Below are positions 51,068 to 64,000 of a stretch of 64,000 bases of DNA, piece by piece. The position numbers were made by a program, and so were the translations under genes. The notes below the pieces were generated by a model that was not told the DNA's origin, made no database searches, and worked only from the letters and a program-made list of their open reading frames with translations. Source of the stretch: Paraspadella gotoi (taxonomy: Eukaryota > Animalia > Chaetognatha); the NCBI GenBank assembly GCA_051294375.1, contig CM119264.1, positions 21,184,645-21,248,644 of the forward strand, in the 5' to 3' direction. Position 1 is the stretch's first letter, and the number at the start of each line of letters is the position of its first letter.

Positions 51068-53274
51068 ATAGTAAAAATAATTACAAATAAAGTACAATTA
51101 ATATTTTTAATTATTATTATTTTTTCTACTTGCATAATTTTTTTTACTTTTATCATTTTTTCAACTTGCATCATTTTTTACAACTCGCATTATTTTTTTA
51201 ACTTGCATCATTTTTTCAACTTGCATCATTTTAACAACTTGTATCATTCTTTCAACTTGCATCATTCTTTCAACTTGCATCATTCTTTCAACTTGCATCA
51301 TTCCTTCAACTTGCATCATTCTTTCAGCTTGCAACAGTCTTTTAATTTACATCATTTTTTCAATATGCATAATTTTTTTAACTTGCATCATTTTTTAAAA
51401 TTGCCTTTTTTTTTACTTAAATAATTAATTAAATAATTAAAACATTCATGAGTAAGCAAAAATAATAAAAATTTTTGTCGACTTTGGTTTTTTCCATGCA
51501 AACTCATTTCCACTTCTCGATTCCAAAGAAACTTTATAACTTTATAACCCACAGACAAAATTTCATCCCATTCTATCCATCCAATTATGAATAAATCAAT
51601 TAATTATGGTTTAAAATTATTTAAAAAATTCAAATAAAAGTGACTTATGTATTTTCCATTTGAACTCATTTCCACCTGCACGATTCCATCAAAACTTTAT
51701 ATCCAGCTCAATCACACACTAACTTTCATTTTAATCCAACCATCCAATCACGAGTAATTGGAGTTTTTTGCTAAGGGAGACAGACAGACAGACAGACAGA
51801 CAGAGTTTTTTGTTAAGGGGGACAGACAGACGGACAGACAGACGGATGGACGGACATCGTTTTCAGTCGGATCTGCTTATCAGTTTGTTTTGATAAAACG
51901 TAAAGAAAACATATTTATTAACTGTCCTGACCCAATTTTAAGGAAATCCATGATGAGAATCTGTATATAAATTTTCAGCTTCATACACCCAAATTTAATC
52001 ATCAAAAAGGCGATCTATAATTTTGAACGCCGACGACAACGCCGATGACGACGACGCTACTTATGTGCAAAACCAAGCAAAATAAAAAAAAATATGAGTC
52101 ACATTTACTTAAATCTTTTTACTTATTTTAACCCAGAATAGATTGAGATAAAATTTTGTGTGCGGGTAGGAAAGTGTGCAAGTTAAAAAAATGATGCAAG
52201 TTAAAAAAAATGATGCAAGTTAAAAAAAAGATGCAAGTTAAAAAAAAGATGCAAGTTAAAAAAAATGATGCAAGTTGAAAAAATGATGCAAATTGTAAAA
52301 ATGCTGTAAATTTTAAAAATGATGTAAATTGAAAAAATTATGTGAGTTAAAAAAATTATGTGCGTGGAAAAATGATGCTAGTTGATAAAATGATGCTAGT
52401 TGAAAAAATGATGCGAGTTTAAAAAATGTAAAAAATATTGGGATTTATCATCTGATTAGCTGATTACCTCTTAATTATCGTAGGCAGATCCGACATTGTT
52501 TGCTCAAACTTGTTTTGCTTAATTTAGCATAATATGATGTTCCGACAAAGTGAATTATAGAGTCGGAATCTGCTGATAAGCAGAACCGACTAAAAATACG
52601 GAAAAAAAGTCATTAGTTTCTGGCGCTCAAGATTATCGCTGAAAAATAGTTTAACAGATCCACTCGATTCACTACGATCGAGAAATAAGGAAATTCTTTT
52701 CTGTTTATAAATTTAGGACTAAACTAAACTTTCAGCAGATCCCGACTCTATAATTCAGTTTGTCGGTCCGTCGGTCCGCCCCCTCAAACTTGTTGGGCAT
52801 TCACTTATATCATGTCAGAACATCGAATTATGATAAATTATGCAAAAAAAAAAGGATGACAGTCCGTCCAATTACTCGTGATTGGATGGATGGATTGGAA
52901 TGAAATTTTGTGTTTGGGTAGGGAAGTGTGTGATTGAGCTGGATATGAAGTTTTGATGGAATCGTCCGAGTGGAAATGAGTTTAAATAGAAAAAACCAAA
53001 AAATATATTTCATTATTTGAACACCAATTACTCATAAGTGGATGGGGCGATTGACTTGAAATTTTGTATTTTGGAAGAAAAGTGTGTGATTAAACTGAAA
53101 ATCAAGTTTCGATGGAATCGTCTGAGTGGAAATGAGTTTAAATGGAAAAAACAAAGAACCTGTTTAACTAATTGTTTAATTAAATAATTAATTAACTTGA
53201 ATTAATTAATTATTAATTAATTAATTACCGATAATGATGGTGGGTAGATCCGACATGGTTTGCTCAAACTTGTT
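50929..53274. mobile_element. Cluster of Helentron/DINE-like elements in both orientations (~50929-51860 +, ~51861-52514 -, 3' end 52540-52595 +, 52732-53274 -), with 17-18-bp minisatellites at 51130-51400 and 52180-52430
   Basis: Same aacaagtttgagcaaac 5' end, gtcggatctgc subterminal repeat, (GACA)n tract and terminal hairpin as the 12163-15074 element. Confidence 0.65.
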
Positions 53275-53364
53275 TTAATGTATACCAGCCAATGTAAAAT
53301 GATGGAAATATTGCTATTGTTAACTTTCAAATAAATTCGACTATTAATATAGAACATATTATTT

Positions 53365-53578
53365 GATGTGATAACCCTTTCTTTTCGTTGTTATTTAGTA
53401 TTAGAGAAAAGCAAAGTATTTTAGTCTTTTTAGAATTCATACAACGATTTTACTTTTAAGAGACGGAAATGTTTTGGCTTCAAACGCTGATGAAGGCTTG
53501 AAAAAGCAAGCCGAAACATTTCCGTCTCTTAAAAATAAAATCGTTGAATGAATTCTAAAATACTTTGCTTTCCTCTAA
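53365..53578. mobile_element. Second Penelope-type palindromic mini-insertion with hammerhead core
   Basis: Arms ~53401-53480 / 53508-53578. The plus strand reads CTGATGA-aggcttg-aaaaag-caagcc-GAAAC at 53487-53517. A ~36-nt tail on the left contains CAACGAAAAGA on the minus strand. Imperfect TSD agaa(c/a)atattatt. Confidence 0.7.
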
Positions 53579-55769
53579 GAAAATATTATTAAAAATCTTT
53601 GGAAAATCTCCCCTTTTGTTGGAAGATTTTTTGCCGAATCTGATAGTTAGCTGCTCTTTTACTTTTAGTGTAAATAAAAATTTCATCATAGTGGACTAAT
53701 TCACTTTACTAAATCACTAAATTAAAATTTTACTAAATAAAATTTAAAGAAAAATTTTGCGAGCCCTTCAGACATCTAGCCAGAGGATTCCTGAACATAC
53801 CTCAATCACGTTTATATTATTTTAAAGGTAAAAAATCCCTTTCATTTCTATATAAAATTAGAGATGGAAAACTTTTTTTGTAAATTAGTAGTCTATTTGT
53901 CCTGGCTCATTTGCTAACAAAATGTCAAATATGACAAGAGAGAGAGAGAGTTCTTCAAATGCAAGGCTATCGGAATTGTGCGTTTTTACATCTATTTTTA
54001 CTGGAATTTATAAAGTGTGGTAGTCATATTCGAAAGAAATCTCAGTTGAAAAAATATTTCTTAAATTCTAAGAGCGACGTATACTCATAATAAATTATAA
54101 AAGCTACTACCAGTTCGCCGGTTGAGATAAGCATGATTTTGAAGAAATAGTATTAGTTGCTTTCAAGTTTTACATCCCAATAGTGAACCGCACACAAAGC
54201 AAACGCGCGAAATTATATAAGTAACTGTTACTTATTATTTATATCAAAATAAAATACATTCTGCACATTTATTAAGATTTTAAAAGAATTTTAGTTAATT
54301 TTCTAGCAAAACTTTCTTATATAGGCGAAAATCTCGCTTAAAAAAATTCAACATTTTTCTAATAAAGATTTCCGTTTGAATCTGATTGCCCAACTTTACA
54401 AACATCATTGGGAGAAATTCCGGTAGAAAACACAATTTCGATAGTGTTCTTGTTCTTGTGGCATTTGATAAAGTTTTACTATCATACAAGGCAGGAGAAA
54501 TGGATTACTCATCTCCGGAGAATTTTATAACCTCGTTTTTAATTTATATTAAAGGGAAATTACAAACGGGATTACGGTATGAAAATTTTCAAATTACTTG
54601 TTTCACTATTATCTATTTTTTTAAATTTTTTTTATTTTATGAAAAATTTACCTTTTAATCTATATTCTTTAAATATATATATTGCTTTCTTAAAAAAAAT
54701 TTACTTATAATTATATCTAATAACTCATTTTGGGAAGGGGAAGTCAGTGTTGTCTTCTGGAAATAGAGGGAGCATCTACACAACACAAGGTTAGATTACA
54801 ATCTGTCCTAGTTTTCTAATAGATATCACACATTGATAAGTGTTAATGACAGAACTGTTTAATATAAGCAGTAGACCTTTCCATATATGAAGAGTTTTGA
54901 AATCAAAAAACGAGTATTGTGTAAAAAATGCCCATACATCATATGAATTTTTTGAACATTTTTTTTCAAAAAAAATTGACAGTAAATGCTGCCAACTTTG
55001 AAAAAAATTATTGTTATGTGTTAGTGACCGAACTGTTCAATATAAGTAGAAACTAGAAACCCGGACCTTTGGGTTGGGAGGCGAATGACTTGCCTCCGGG
55101 ACCAACGGCCGCTGATGAACAGTTGGTGGATTTTAGTCCACCATAAAATAAACTTAAAAACTTTTTATGGTCACTTTAACATAATCTATTTGAGAGAACT
55201 TCTAACTTTTAACCTGTTCCACCTTAATCATAATGCTTACAATATTTATTACATACGTGCATTAGATTATAAAACTTTCTCCGCTCCTTTTCATTTTCCG
55301 GTCATCCTTTTTTATTTTTTAAATCTACATTTTTCTTTTTATTTTGCAAATTTTAATACACATGAAGAGAAAGAACATTTTTTCCTGAACCTTAAATCAA
55401 TTTTCTTTATATTATCAGCCTCACACATTACACCCACTTTTCGGGAAATAGGCAAAATTAATATAAAATATAAAATATAAAATATAATATAAAAGTACTA
55501 GACGTTGCATGTCGTCCTTGAACTTAAGCTCGTTACTTATAGAAGCAGGGAGTGTGAAGTGACCAAGAGGAGAGAGGGTTGCCATGCCTCTCAGCAGGAT
55601 TCTTGCTAGCGGGTAATAATATTACATCACTACAAGTCTACAAGTGTATAATTTGAATAATGAATGTGCCTAATGTATATTAGAATTTATTTATTTATCA
55701 AAATAACCAAGATCGTACCAAAGAAAAAACCATCCTGTTGATGCTGACAAAACAAGAATTACGCTTAAT

Positions 55770-55880
55770 TCTAATATTTGATTTTTAGTTGCGCTGCGAG
55801 TCCTCGAGAAGCAACTTTTCTTTCGGTCTGTCGGTCGGTCGGTCGGGCGGTTATGCTTATAACTTCGGTTTTGTTGCATC
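55770..55880 (-). mobile_element. 3' fragment of another Helitron/Helentron-like element
   Basis: The minus strand has a (CCGA)n tract followed by hairpin agttgc...gcaact and an A-run. Confidence 0.4.
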
Positions 55881-56000
55881 TGTTAAGCTCATATTTGGTG
55901 AGAAGGTAAGGCACCATAAGTCCTTTAAAGTATCATACTTGTGAAGTCTCTTGATCATTTAGAATAGCAGTGAGGCATAATTCACGAAATATCATATTTT

Positions 56001-56148
56001 TTTAAATAATTATCGAATTCAGCAAACGCACGCAATGACAATCGAGTTAAGCCTTGGTACGATTGGAATTATCATCGCCTTTTTAGTCATCAACATCGCA
56101 GAAAATAAGAACGAACCATTGCCTCAGGTATGAAGTCGACCTCTGGGT
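56001..56148 (+). repeat. Inverted duplicate of SLC22 paralogue B exon 9 with both splice sites
   Basis: Reverse complement of 56838-56985; 5 mismatches in 148 bp by manual comparison. Confidence 0.92.
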
Positions 56149-56645
56149 ATATAAAACATTACTAAATGCTTCTTGAGCATCTTTTTCATACTTGTGTAGT
56201 AATGTGACCACAGAAATGCGGTATTTTTCTGGTAATATCAGGTTGATTTAGTTGAAACTTTGAAGAGAGGTGATTAATCATAGTCACGTGATCACAGGGA
56301 AATGCACGTTGACCGTTCTTGTTTTCGTATTCTCCAAAGTAATGCGCGATCAATCTAAAATTATGTTCAGGGATTAGAAAATGAAATTGGGTGCTTTCCT
56401 GCAATAATCCTAACTGACGTTCAACGAGGAACTTATCTAACTGTAGACGAAAGACTGTAATTTTCAATGAATATTGAGGAAAAACACATTTTTTAGCAAT
56501 TTAAAAAGCCCAAAGACTTTTTGCAAAGCTAACAGACTGACGTAAAAAAGCAAAAATAAAAATGAAATTTGTTGTGAGTCAAATGCTTTTATACTTACAG
56601 TAAAACAAATTTTTTTAACAAGTTTAACGCTTTTAACATGCGACT

Positions 56646-59600
56646 TCAAGTTTTCACTTCACATATTTGCTGATCCTTTTTCTTGGATTTCTTTGAATTC
56701 CAAAAAAATGTCGGTGTTCTCCGTTTCATATCATTCAAATCGTTTATAGTCTGGTAAATAAACAAAACAATCAAATTTTTAGACTTTTTTATTCTATTGT
56801 TATTATTTAATATTCATATAATGCTTTTTTTAAAAGAACCCAGAGGGCGACTTCATACCTGAGGCAATGGTTCGTTCTTAGTTTCTGCGATGTTGATGAC
56901 TAAAAAGGCGATGATAATTCCAATCGTACCAAGGCTTAACTCGATTGTCATTGCGTGTGTTCGCTGAATTCGAGAATTATTTAAATAAATACAATGAATA
57001 ACTTTGAGCATTATCAAAATTTAGCCGACTACTTAACTTACCATGAACTGAGCAACGTAACTTCCGCTAATAGAAGCGACCCTTGACACAAGCATGGCAA
57101 CAAGGTAAGACCTTAAGCGAAAAAAATATAAATACATAAAAAAAAATTTTAAAATATTTTTTTTCTGTCCTAAGTACAAATTCTTTATATACAACCACAG
57201 TATATGACGAACGAACCTCGCTCGTAGCAACGTGGGAAACGTTTCCTGATTGTAAATCATGAGCAACTCGAAAACGAAGCAAGAAGCCAATTTTGAAATG
57301 ATGCACATCGCCATTCGAAAACCCGGGAGGTCGTTTTGTAGATCGTCGACAGCCAAGCGAGCCAACGCTGCATAGAGAGTTAGAGATCATTAGAGATCAC
57401 TCTTTAATTAAACTGAAAAACTACCGCCTACCTATCGCCAGCAGCGGAGCGCCAGTCATGATTTCAGTGATAAAGAGAGCCGGTCTTCGGTTGAGGAAGA
57501 CGATGAGCGTAATGGGAAGGAGTTTTCCCGGGAGATCCGTGAGACCCAAGTAAAAATAATTGAGCAGACGATCGCCGCCGAGTGTTCCGTAGGAGAAAGC
57601 GATCGCGATGTAGACGATGTTGCAGTACGACCATAACGTTCCTCGGGTGAAAAACATATTTGCAAGTGAAAGAATATTACTTATGGGAGTTATCCTTCTA
57701 TTGTACAATTGAAATATCGGCCGCTATTGATAGGGAAGCCAAATACTCTGGGAGTGAATAAACTAGACTGTGACAGAGCATTTATTAAAAGATTGCCGGG
57801 TCCTGCTAAATTATTATCTTGGAGTCCTTAACCCAAAGACAGGAGCAAGATAGCTTATTAATGAATTGACAATTTTTATATTGGTTCAACCATTTACTTT
57901 ACTAGACAAGGTCGTAAAAACAGATAGAATTACGACCCTCTCATTTTCCTACAAAACCTTTTTATAAATCAACAACAAATAAGTGGACCATGACTTTTCA
58001 GCAAACGTTTCTCACCGGAGGTGATCAGAGCCAAGACGTAAGAAGAATTTTTGCAGGCGTCGAAAAACCCTTGCTCTTCAACGTCCAACCCATTGTCGCC
58101 TTCGCCCTCTGCAATTTCGGTCGTCGTCGTCGCTATCGTCGTCTCGGACTCTTTCGCCTCGTTGTCGTCGGGCGTCGATGCAATCGCTTTCATCTCTGTT
58201 CCACTTTCCTTTTCTTCTTCGCCGTCGTCGCGCGCGATTCTTTCCATGAATTCATCCTCCTTCAACTCCACGCCTCTAAAACGATATCTTTATTGATTGA
58301 TTCGTTTGAATTGAATGAATTGATTGAATTGTTTGAATTGATTGAATATGGATGGGTTGTTGGATAATTTGATTGATTGATGATTTGTTTGATTGCTTAA
58401 TAGATTGATTGAATATTCGTTTGTTTGTTTGATTCATTATTTGATTGATTGATTGGTTGATTGAATAATATTTTGTTTGATTAATTGAGCCGTTGATTTA
58501 TTATTTTATTGTTTAATTAATTAATTAATTATTTAATTGATTGAATAATTGATTGATTGATTGATAGATTGATTGATTGATTATTTTATTGACTGATAGT
58601 TTGATTGTTGGATTCATTCCTTCCCTCCCCGGGTCATCCCCACCTGGACGCGGCGACCTTGGCCAAGATCCCGTAGGCCTCCTTCTTCCTCCCGACCCGA
58701 ATCAGCCAGGGTACGCTCTCGGGCAGGAAGAAGAAGAGCGGCGCCAATCCCGCCGTCGCCGTCAACAGGATCCCGAAGAGAAGGCGCCAGTCGGGAATGA
58801 GGAAGGCGAAGAGCGGGAAGAGGCAGTTTCCGATGACCCAGCCAACGTCGCAGGTCAGAGCCACGAATCGGTACTTGGAGGGGAAGAGCTCCGACTTGTA
58901 GGTCATCTGGGTCACCAGGCCTGGTCCAGGGTAACGGTAAAGATTAAATTGACTGTTGAGGGTGTTCTAGATAAGACTTACTTATTTTAAAAGCCAGTAA
59001 AAGATTTTAATGATAAGTACTGTAAGAATGAGTAGATCTACCAAGAAATTACATCTCACCCACGTAGCTGATTCCCGTGACAAATCTCAGGGCGACGTAG
59101 ACTTCAATGTTCGGGACCCAAAAAGTCGCGAGGCCCATGAGGCCCCCGACGATGGAAGAACAGACGAGAAGCCAACGACGCCCGAACTTGTCGGAGAGGT
59201 AGCCCATCGTCAGGGATCCTGTGGGGGAGTAAATGAAGGAATTTGATGGTTGTTGTTTTTTTTTGTTTTTTTTTGGTTATTGTTGTTTGGTTCTTGTTGT
59301 TGGTTTTGTTTTTCTTGTTGTTTTCCGTGCTTTGTTCTTGTTCTTTTGACGTTAAAGTTTTTATTTTTTTATTTTTTTGTTGCTTTCGTTGTTGTTTCGA
59401 CTAAGAATAGATAGAAAACGTCGGAGACTCAGAGTTCATACTATATCTGTTACGTTTGCATACAACTGACCTAAATTTATTTTTTGGCTAAAAATAACTA
59501 CAACTACAACAACAACAATAATGCCTGACCAAGAATTCCACCGCCGAAAAAAAAGGCGTCGCTGGTGCCGACGAAGTGGGCGCGAGAGCAGACGAGATCG

Positions 59601-60099
59601 AAGGCGGCGATTAGGTTGTGGCTCGCGGAAGTGTCGTAGATCCAGGTGGAGTTTGACGGGCAGCTCGAGCACACCTCCGTGATGGACCTGGCGAAGAACT
59701 GTTTTTGTTCTCTTGTTTTTTTTCCTTTTTCATGTTCGTTTTGATCAAAAAGGTCATTAAATATACAAAAGTGACAACATTTTAAAAAGCAAAATTTAGT
59801 TGTTTCATGACTCTAACGGGCAACCTCTTTGTACCATTAAAAAAAAAATAAAGATAGAATTTTTTCCTTAAACAATTATGTTGGGGATTTTGATTTCCAA
59901 AAAATAAATTTACTCACCTGTTCCCTAACGTAACATTATCCCAGCAGTCGAATTTGACAGGATATGCGATCATAGCGCTTGCCATAAACATCACTGCTTT
60001 CAGCATCCATGGGGTCAACAGCATCACCCAGATGCCCATGGGGTAAAATCCCCATATTCCTAGGGAAAGGAGGAAACGGTCCAGCTCCGCCGCGCCCAT
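56646..60099 (-). CDS. SLC22-like transporter paralogue B, 10 exons: 60099-59918, 59687-59530, 59218-59060, 58920-58644, 58275-58016, 57641-57432, 57367-57217, 57111-57042, 56963-56859, 56750-56646 (~558 aa)
   Basis: Phases match (1677 nt). Exon lengths 182/210/151/70/105 are identical to paralogue A. Motifs FDLVC, LSDKFGRR, SELFPSKYR, LPESVPWL, QETFPTLLR, AETKNEPLPQTI. Confidence 0.9.
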
Positions 60100-61154
60100 T
60101 TTTTTCCCTAAAATCCTAGATATGGAAAGTTTTAAAAAAATTTGAATGAATTTTATATCAATTATAGATTAAAATTAAAAATTAATATTTAGTTGTCGCA
60201 TCAAATTAAATATGGTTTTTAGAACTGAATTTATTTTAAATGCGTAAAAAACAATGTGCAAAAAATTTTTTTTTTCTTTTTTTTTTCATAAATTACATCG
60301 AGTGACGAATATTTTGGAAAGAATCCTCAGCTGCACCCAACACAAAAGAAGGAATAAAAATCATTTGAAAACTAATAGAGGAAATGACTTTCAATTAAAA
60401 AATAACAAGGTTAACGGGAATTTGATTTAACCAAATAAGCTTAAGCTATAAAAATGGTTGCGATATCTGAAGATTTTCAAACATTTTGTGAGCCTTAAAA
60501 ACAAATCTGGAACAAATTTGGCACGCTGATGACAAGTGCTCGATGTTCCAAAAACCAATGAGAACTATAGTAATTATGAAGTTCTTTCATGTCTATGTCC
60601 ATTCAATCTTTTCATTCGTTATCATTAATTAGCAGTTGTGTTTTTTAGTGCCGCGATTCTTACCTTGAACTTCTTTGGTGATCTTCCGTCTTGTTTCCAT
60701 GTACACCTAATGTACATTCTATTAGCTCTACTAACTCTACAAGTCCTATAATTTAAAGAACAATTGTCATTTATTTATAAAGATTTATTTTCTCTTTTGT
60801 AAATCCTTGAAATCAAAAATCATTTTAAGAATGATTCATCCATTATAACATAAGACTAAGTGGTGTTATTTCATTTTGTCTTATTATAACAAAGTTCAAA
60901 AACTGTCACAAAAGAAGTCGCGCCCACCTGACACCAATTTAAACATGGTAATAAAAATATTCAATTACCAGAATTTGACAACTACTATTTTAAACTTTTC
61001 GTTTAAATTGGGGGAAAAAAATCGGGCATTCGAGTAAAATTGTTGGCAATATTTCCCAAAGGCGACCTATTGATGTTCTTTAATTCTTTAATAAGGTTAA
61101 CCTTAATCTGTTTTCAAACCCATAACCCGATCCCTTACCTATTCCTTAACCATA

Positions 61155-61358
61155 ACCCTAAAACCTAATTTCTAACCCTAAAACCTAATCTCTAATCCTA
61201 AAACCTAATCTCTAACCCTAAAACCTAATCTCTAATCCTAAAACCTAATCTCTAACCCTAAAACATAATCTCTAACCCTAAAACCTAATCTCTAACCATA
61301 AAACCTAATCTCTAACCCTAAAACCTAATCTCTAACCCTAAAACCTAATCTCTAACCC
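61155..61358. repeat. 20-bp telomere-like minisatellite (aaacctaatctctaacccta)n
   Basis: About ten tandem units; each contains CCTAA and usually CCCTAA. Confidence 0.9.
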
Positions 61359-63609
61359 TGGTCCTTTACCCTAACCTATTAAATTATATAATCCTTTACC
61401 ATATTCCTTAACCTAACTTAACCTAACTTTAATTTTTAAATTAAACCATTAATTAAATTCCGTAATTTAAGATAAAAAGGTTCGTTTTCGGAACGCAAAA
61501 CTCCTGGGCTATAGCACAGTGGCACCTAGAAGGTACTAAGTCGGACCTGGCACATAAGCCCCCTGTAGCATGGTCGCACATTTATGTACGACATCAAGGG
61601 TTAGCTAATTTCCGGTTATTTAATTTAATTATAAGAATTATTCTCTTTCTTTTGCAGTATAATTTTGCAATCATTCGGAAAGATGATAAGGCTTAGCGTT
61701 TAAGGCCAGGGATCACTCAACCTAATATTGTAGAATCTTAATTTACTGTATCTTAATCATTTTCTCACATCTTGTAAGAGGTTTTCTATTAAAAAATAAT
61801 CGAAAACTTTTAAAAATCTATCTAAAATGTTCATAAAAATTTAAACAAATTTTTTTCTTCGGTAAACTAGATTTTCAAGAGAAAAATATTTTTTTAAATG
61901 TAAGCTAAATTTCTACAACCAAATTTTTAACTTAAAACTGATTCTTTACAGTAAGCTCAATTTCTACTTCTTATATTTAATTCTTCCTTTGGTACAAATC
62001 CATACTTGGAGTTGTATCACTAATAAGTCTAAAACAAACTACTCTACACATTTTTCAGATGGGTTTTTATGCTTTTATGAGTTTTATGAGTTAAAAAACT
62101 TATCAATTTATTTCAATTTGACTTTTTATTTTATGTAAATGTTTATTTCATAAAATAGTTGCCCTATTTTCTAGGGAATCTCTGAAAAAAAAATCAAATC
62201 TGAATTTAAAAAATTAAAAACAGTAAGCCATTTTTTTAAGACATCGGCGTTGAACAAACTCCATCATCACATCCCGTGCTTGTTTATGTTGTAGTGAATC
62301 TTGCAAAAGTAATGAGTACAGAATTTAACTTTCTTGACGAAGTGAAGTTAAAAACGAAGAGTTGCAGCTCAAACCACAGGACTCTTCTTGAAGAAAAAAA
62401 TATCTTGGGCAAGAAGGAAAGGTGGGGGAGATTCTATGAGCGCGTTTTTGGAAAAATGTTTTTCGTTTCAAAGATATCAAGGAATTTATCCAAAAATTGA
62501 CTAAAATAATCAAATTTTCTATGAAGGAAGGCAAATTTTGAAAGTATCTTTTCATAGAATTGGAGTTCGTGACCTAAAAGTAATCCATGCCAAATTTCAT
62601 GAGAAATCGCCTTACCGTTTGGGCTGCAACTCTTCAAATAGGTTTCTTTTATTTTATATAGTAAAAAAAAAATCGAAAAAACGATAACGCCTTTGAAAAA
62701 ATAGTAATGTGAATACATTTTCGGAATCGTCAGGAGCTCTCCTTTCGAAATCCGAGCTCGGTTTTAGCCTAATTATAATTTGAATTGAGTGATCCCGGAC
62801 CTTAAAGTAACGTTGACTTCTGAACTTTACGTATAGAAATCTAGATGAGCAGCGATTGTTAGTAATAGACGAACGGCCGTAAATCTTTAGGTGATATGAC
62901 ACTAAATTTTCTGTAAATATGTCTCAAATCATTTCTATGAAGTTTAAGGTCACGATATGTCCGCGTCGAAAGTTCAGAGTATTTAGGGTTTAATGGATTG
63001 AAAAAAAATTCTATATAAAAAAAAAAAACATCCGGAGTGAAAAGGAGATTAAAATTCGTTTAAGAGCAATAATGCTTGTTAAGAGCTAACAGAGAATTAA
63101 TTAGTTTTTTATTACAAGTAACCCCATTCATAAAAGATTGGGAGTTCGGTTCTGCGAATAGTAAATACGGGAACATTCAATGTAAAGACAACCTAATTTT
63201 TTTTTCTACCACTGTCATGATTCCTTTTCAATACACTAACGTTGTTATTTTCTAACCTCGGTTTGGCAACGCTTTAAAGATTGACAATTATTATGAACAT
63301 ACATACTTAAGACCAATTAAAAATGTATTGACGATCAAACTATTCTTCCAAAAAAATGTTACATCTTTTGCATTTTTCCATGTTCACATTTTTTGTTTTC
63401 ACCCGGACTGTCTTTCTCTTCGTCGTCGTCCTCATCGGTAGTCCTCCTTTTTTGGAGTCGCGGTCGTCGACATCATCCTTATCACCCGCGCCCAATTCAC
63501 GTCACCGATCCATAATCCGTCACTTCATGTTGGACGCATCATCATATCTCGTCAGCCGTTGTCATCGGCGGGACGCCTTTTCGAGTAATGTGACAGCCGC
63601 AGCAGAGAG

Positions 63610-63645
<36 letters not shown>

Positions 63646-64000
63646 GAGGCAAAAAAAAGATAAAAAGAAAAAAGTGATTTTGTCGGCGTGTGTTTGTTGT
63701 GTGTGTGAGCAGAATCAGCAGATGTCTAAGTCATATGACTAAGCAATGTCAGACTTTTAACTATATTTTATGCTTTAAAAAGTAAAAAATATTTTCGAAA
63801 AAAAGGGGAAAAAACATTAAAGAGGATGAAAAATTTTAAAGTTAAAATGCCACCATTAACCCCGCGGATCAGGGAATGTTTACAGTTTTCCTTTGTTTTT
63901 CCCACCGAAATGACGCCGACGACAAAAGTGACATAAACGAAACCAGTGACGATGACGCCAAATTGAAAATTTCATTTTTTGGATAAGGAGGTTACGCCAT

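Noticed and set aside
54386-54658. 90-aa ORF, and the 93-aa ORF at 56186-56467
   Set aside because: AT-rich, with no motifs or exon partners; insufficient support.

Overview
Eukaryotic, most likely invertebrate-animal, genomic DNA: an AT-rich background full of (CT/GA)n, (ATT)n and (GAT)n microsatellites, GC-richer exons, and one N-gap (10549-10722). Manual exon chaining with phase checks supports five spliced genes. (1) A divergent 7-exon rhodopsin-class GPCR (+, 2533-19359, ~570 aa). (2) An antisense gene nested in the GPCR's first intron, encoding a trypsin-like (Trypsin_2-type) protein that appears to lack the catalytic His (-, 3003-5380, 5' end unresolved). (3) A 4-exon GNAT acetyltransferase resembling microbial puromycin-N-acetyltransferase-like enzymes (+, 38562-40273). 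(4, 5) Two tandem SLC22-like transporters (-, 45318-50264 and 56646-60099). Most notable observations: the SLC22 paralogues differ at 5 of 12 intron positions; splice donors are very degenerate, with up to 4 of 34 probably GC; a 148-bp near-perfect inverted copy of an SLC22 exon with both splice sites lies ~500 bp past that gene's stop; two palindromic Penelope-type insertions carry hammerhead-ribozyme cores; and a structured repeat has an internal tRNA-like module and a shared 3' tail. Helentron/DINE-like elements, a MITE-like foldback and an apparent ~4 kb inversion (or mis-assembly) in GPCR intron 5 are also present. All family assignments are by eye from motifs; no database search was run.
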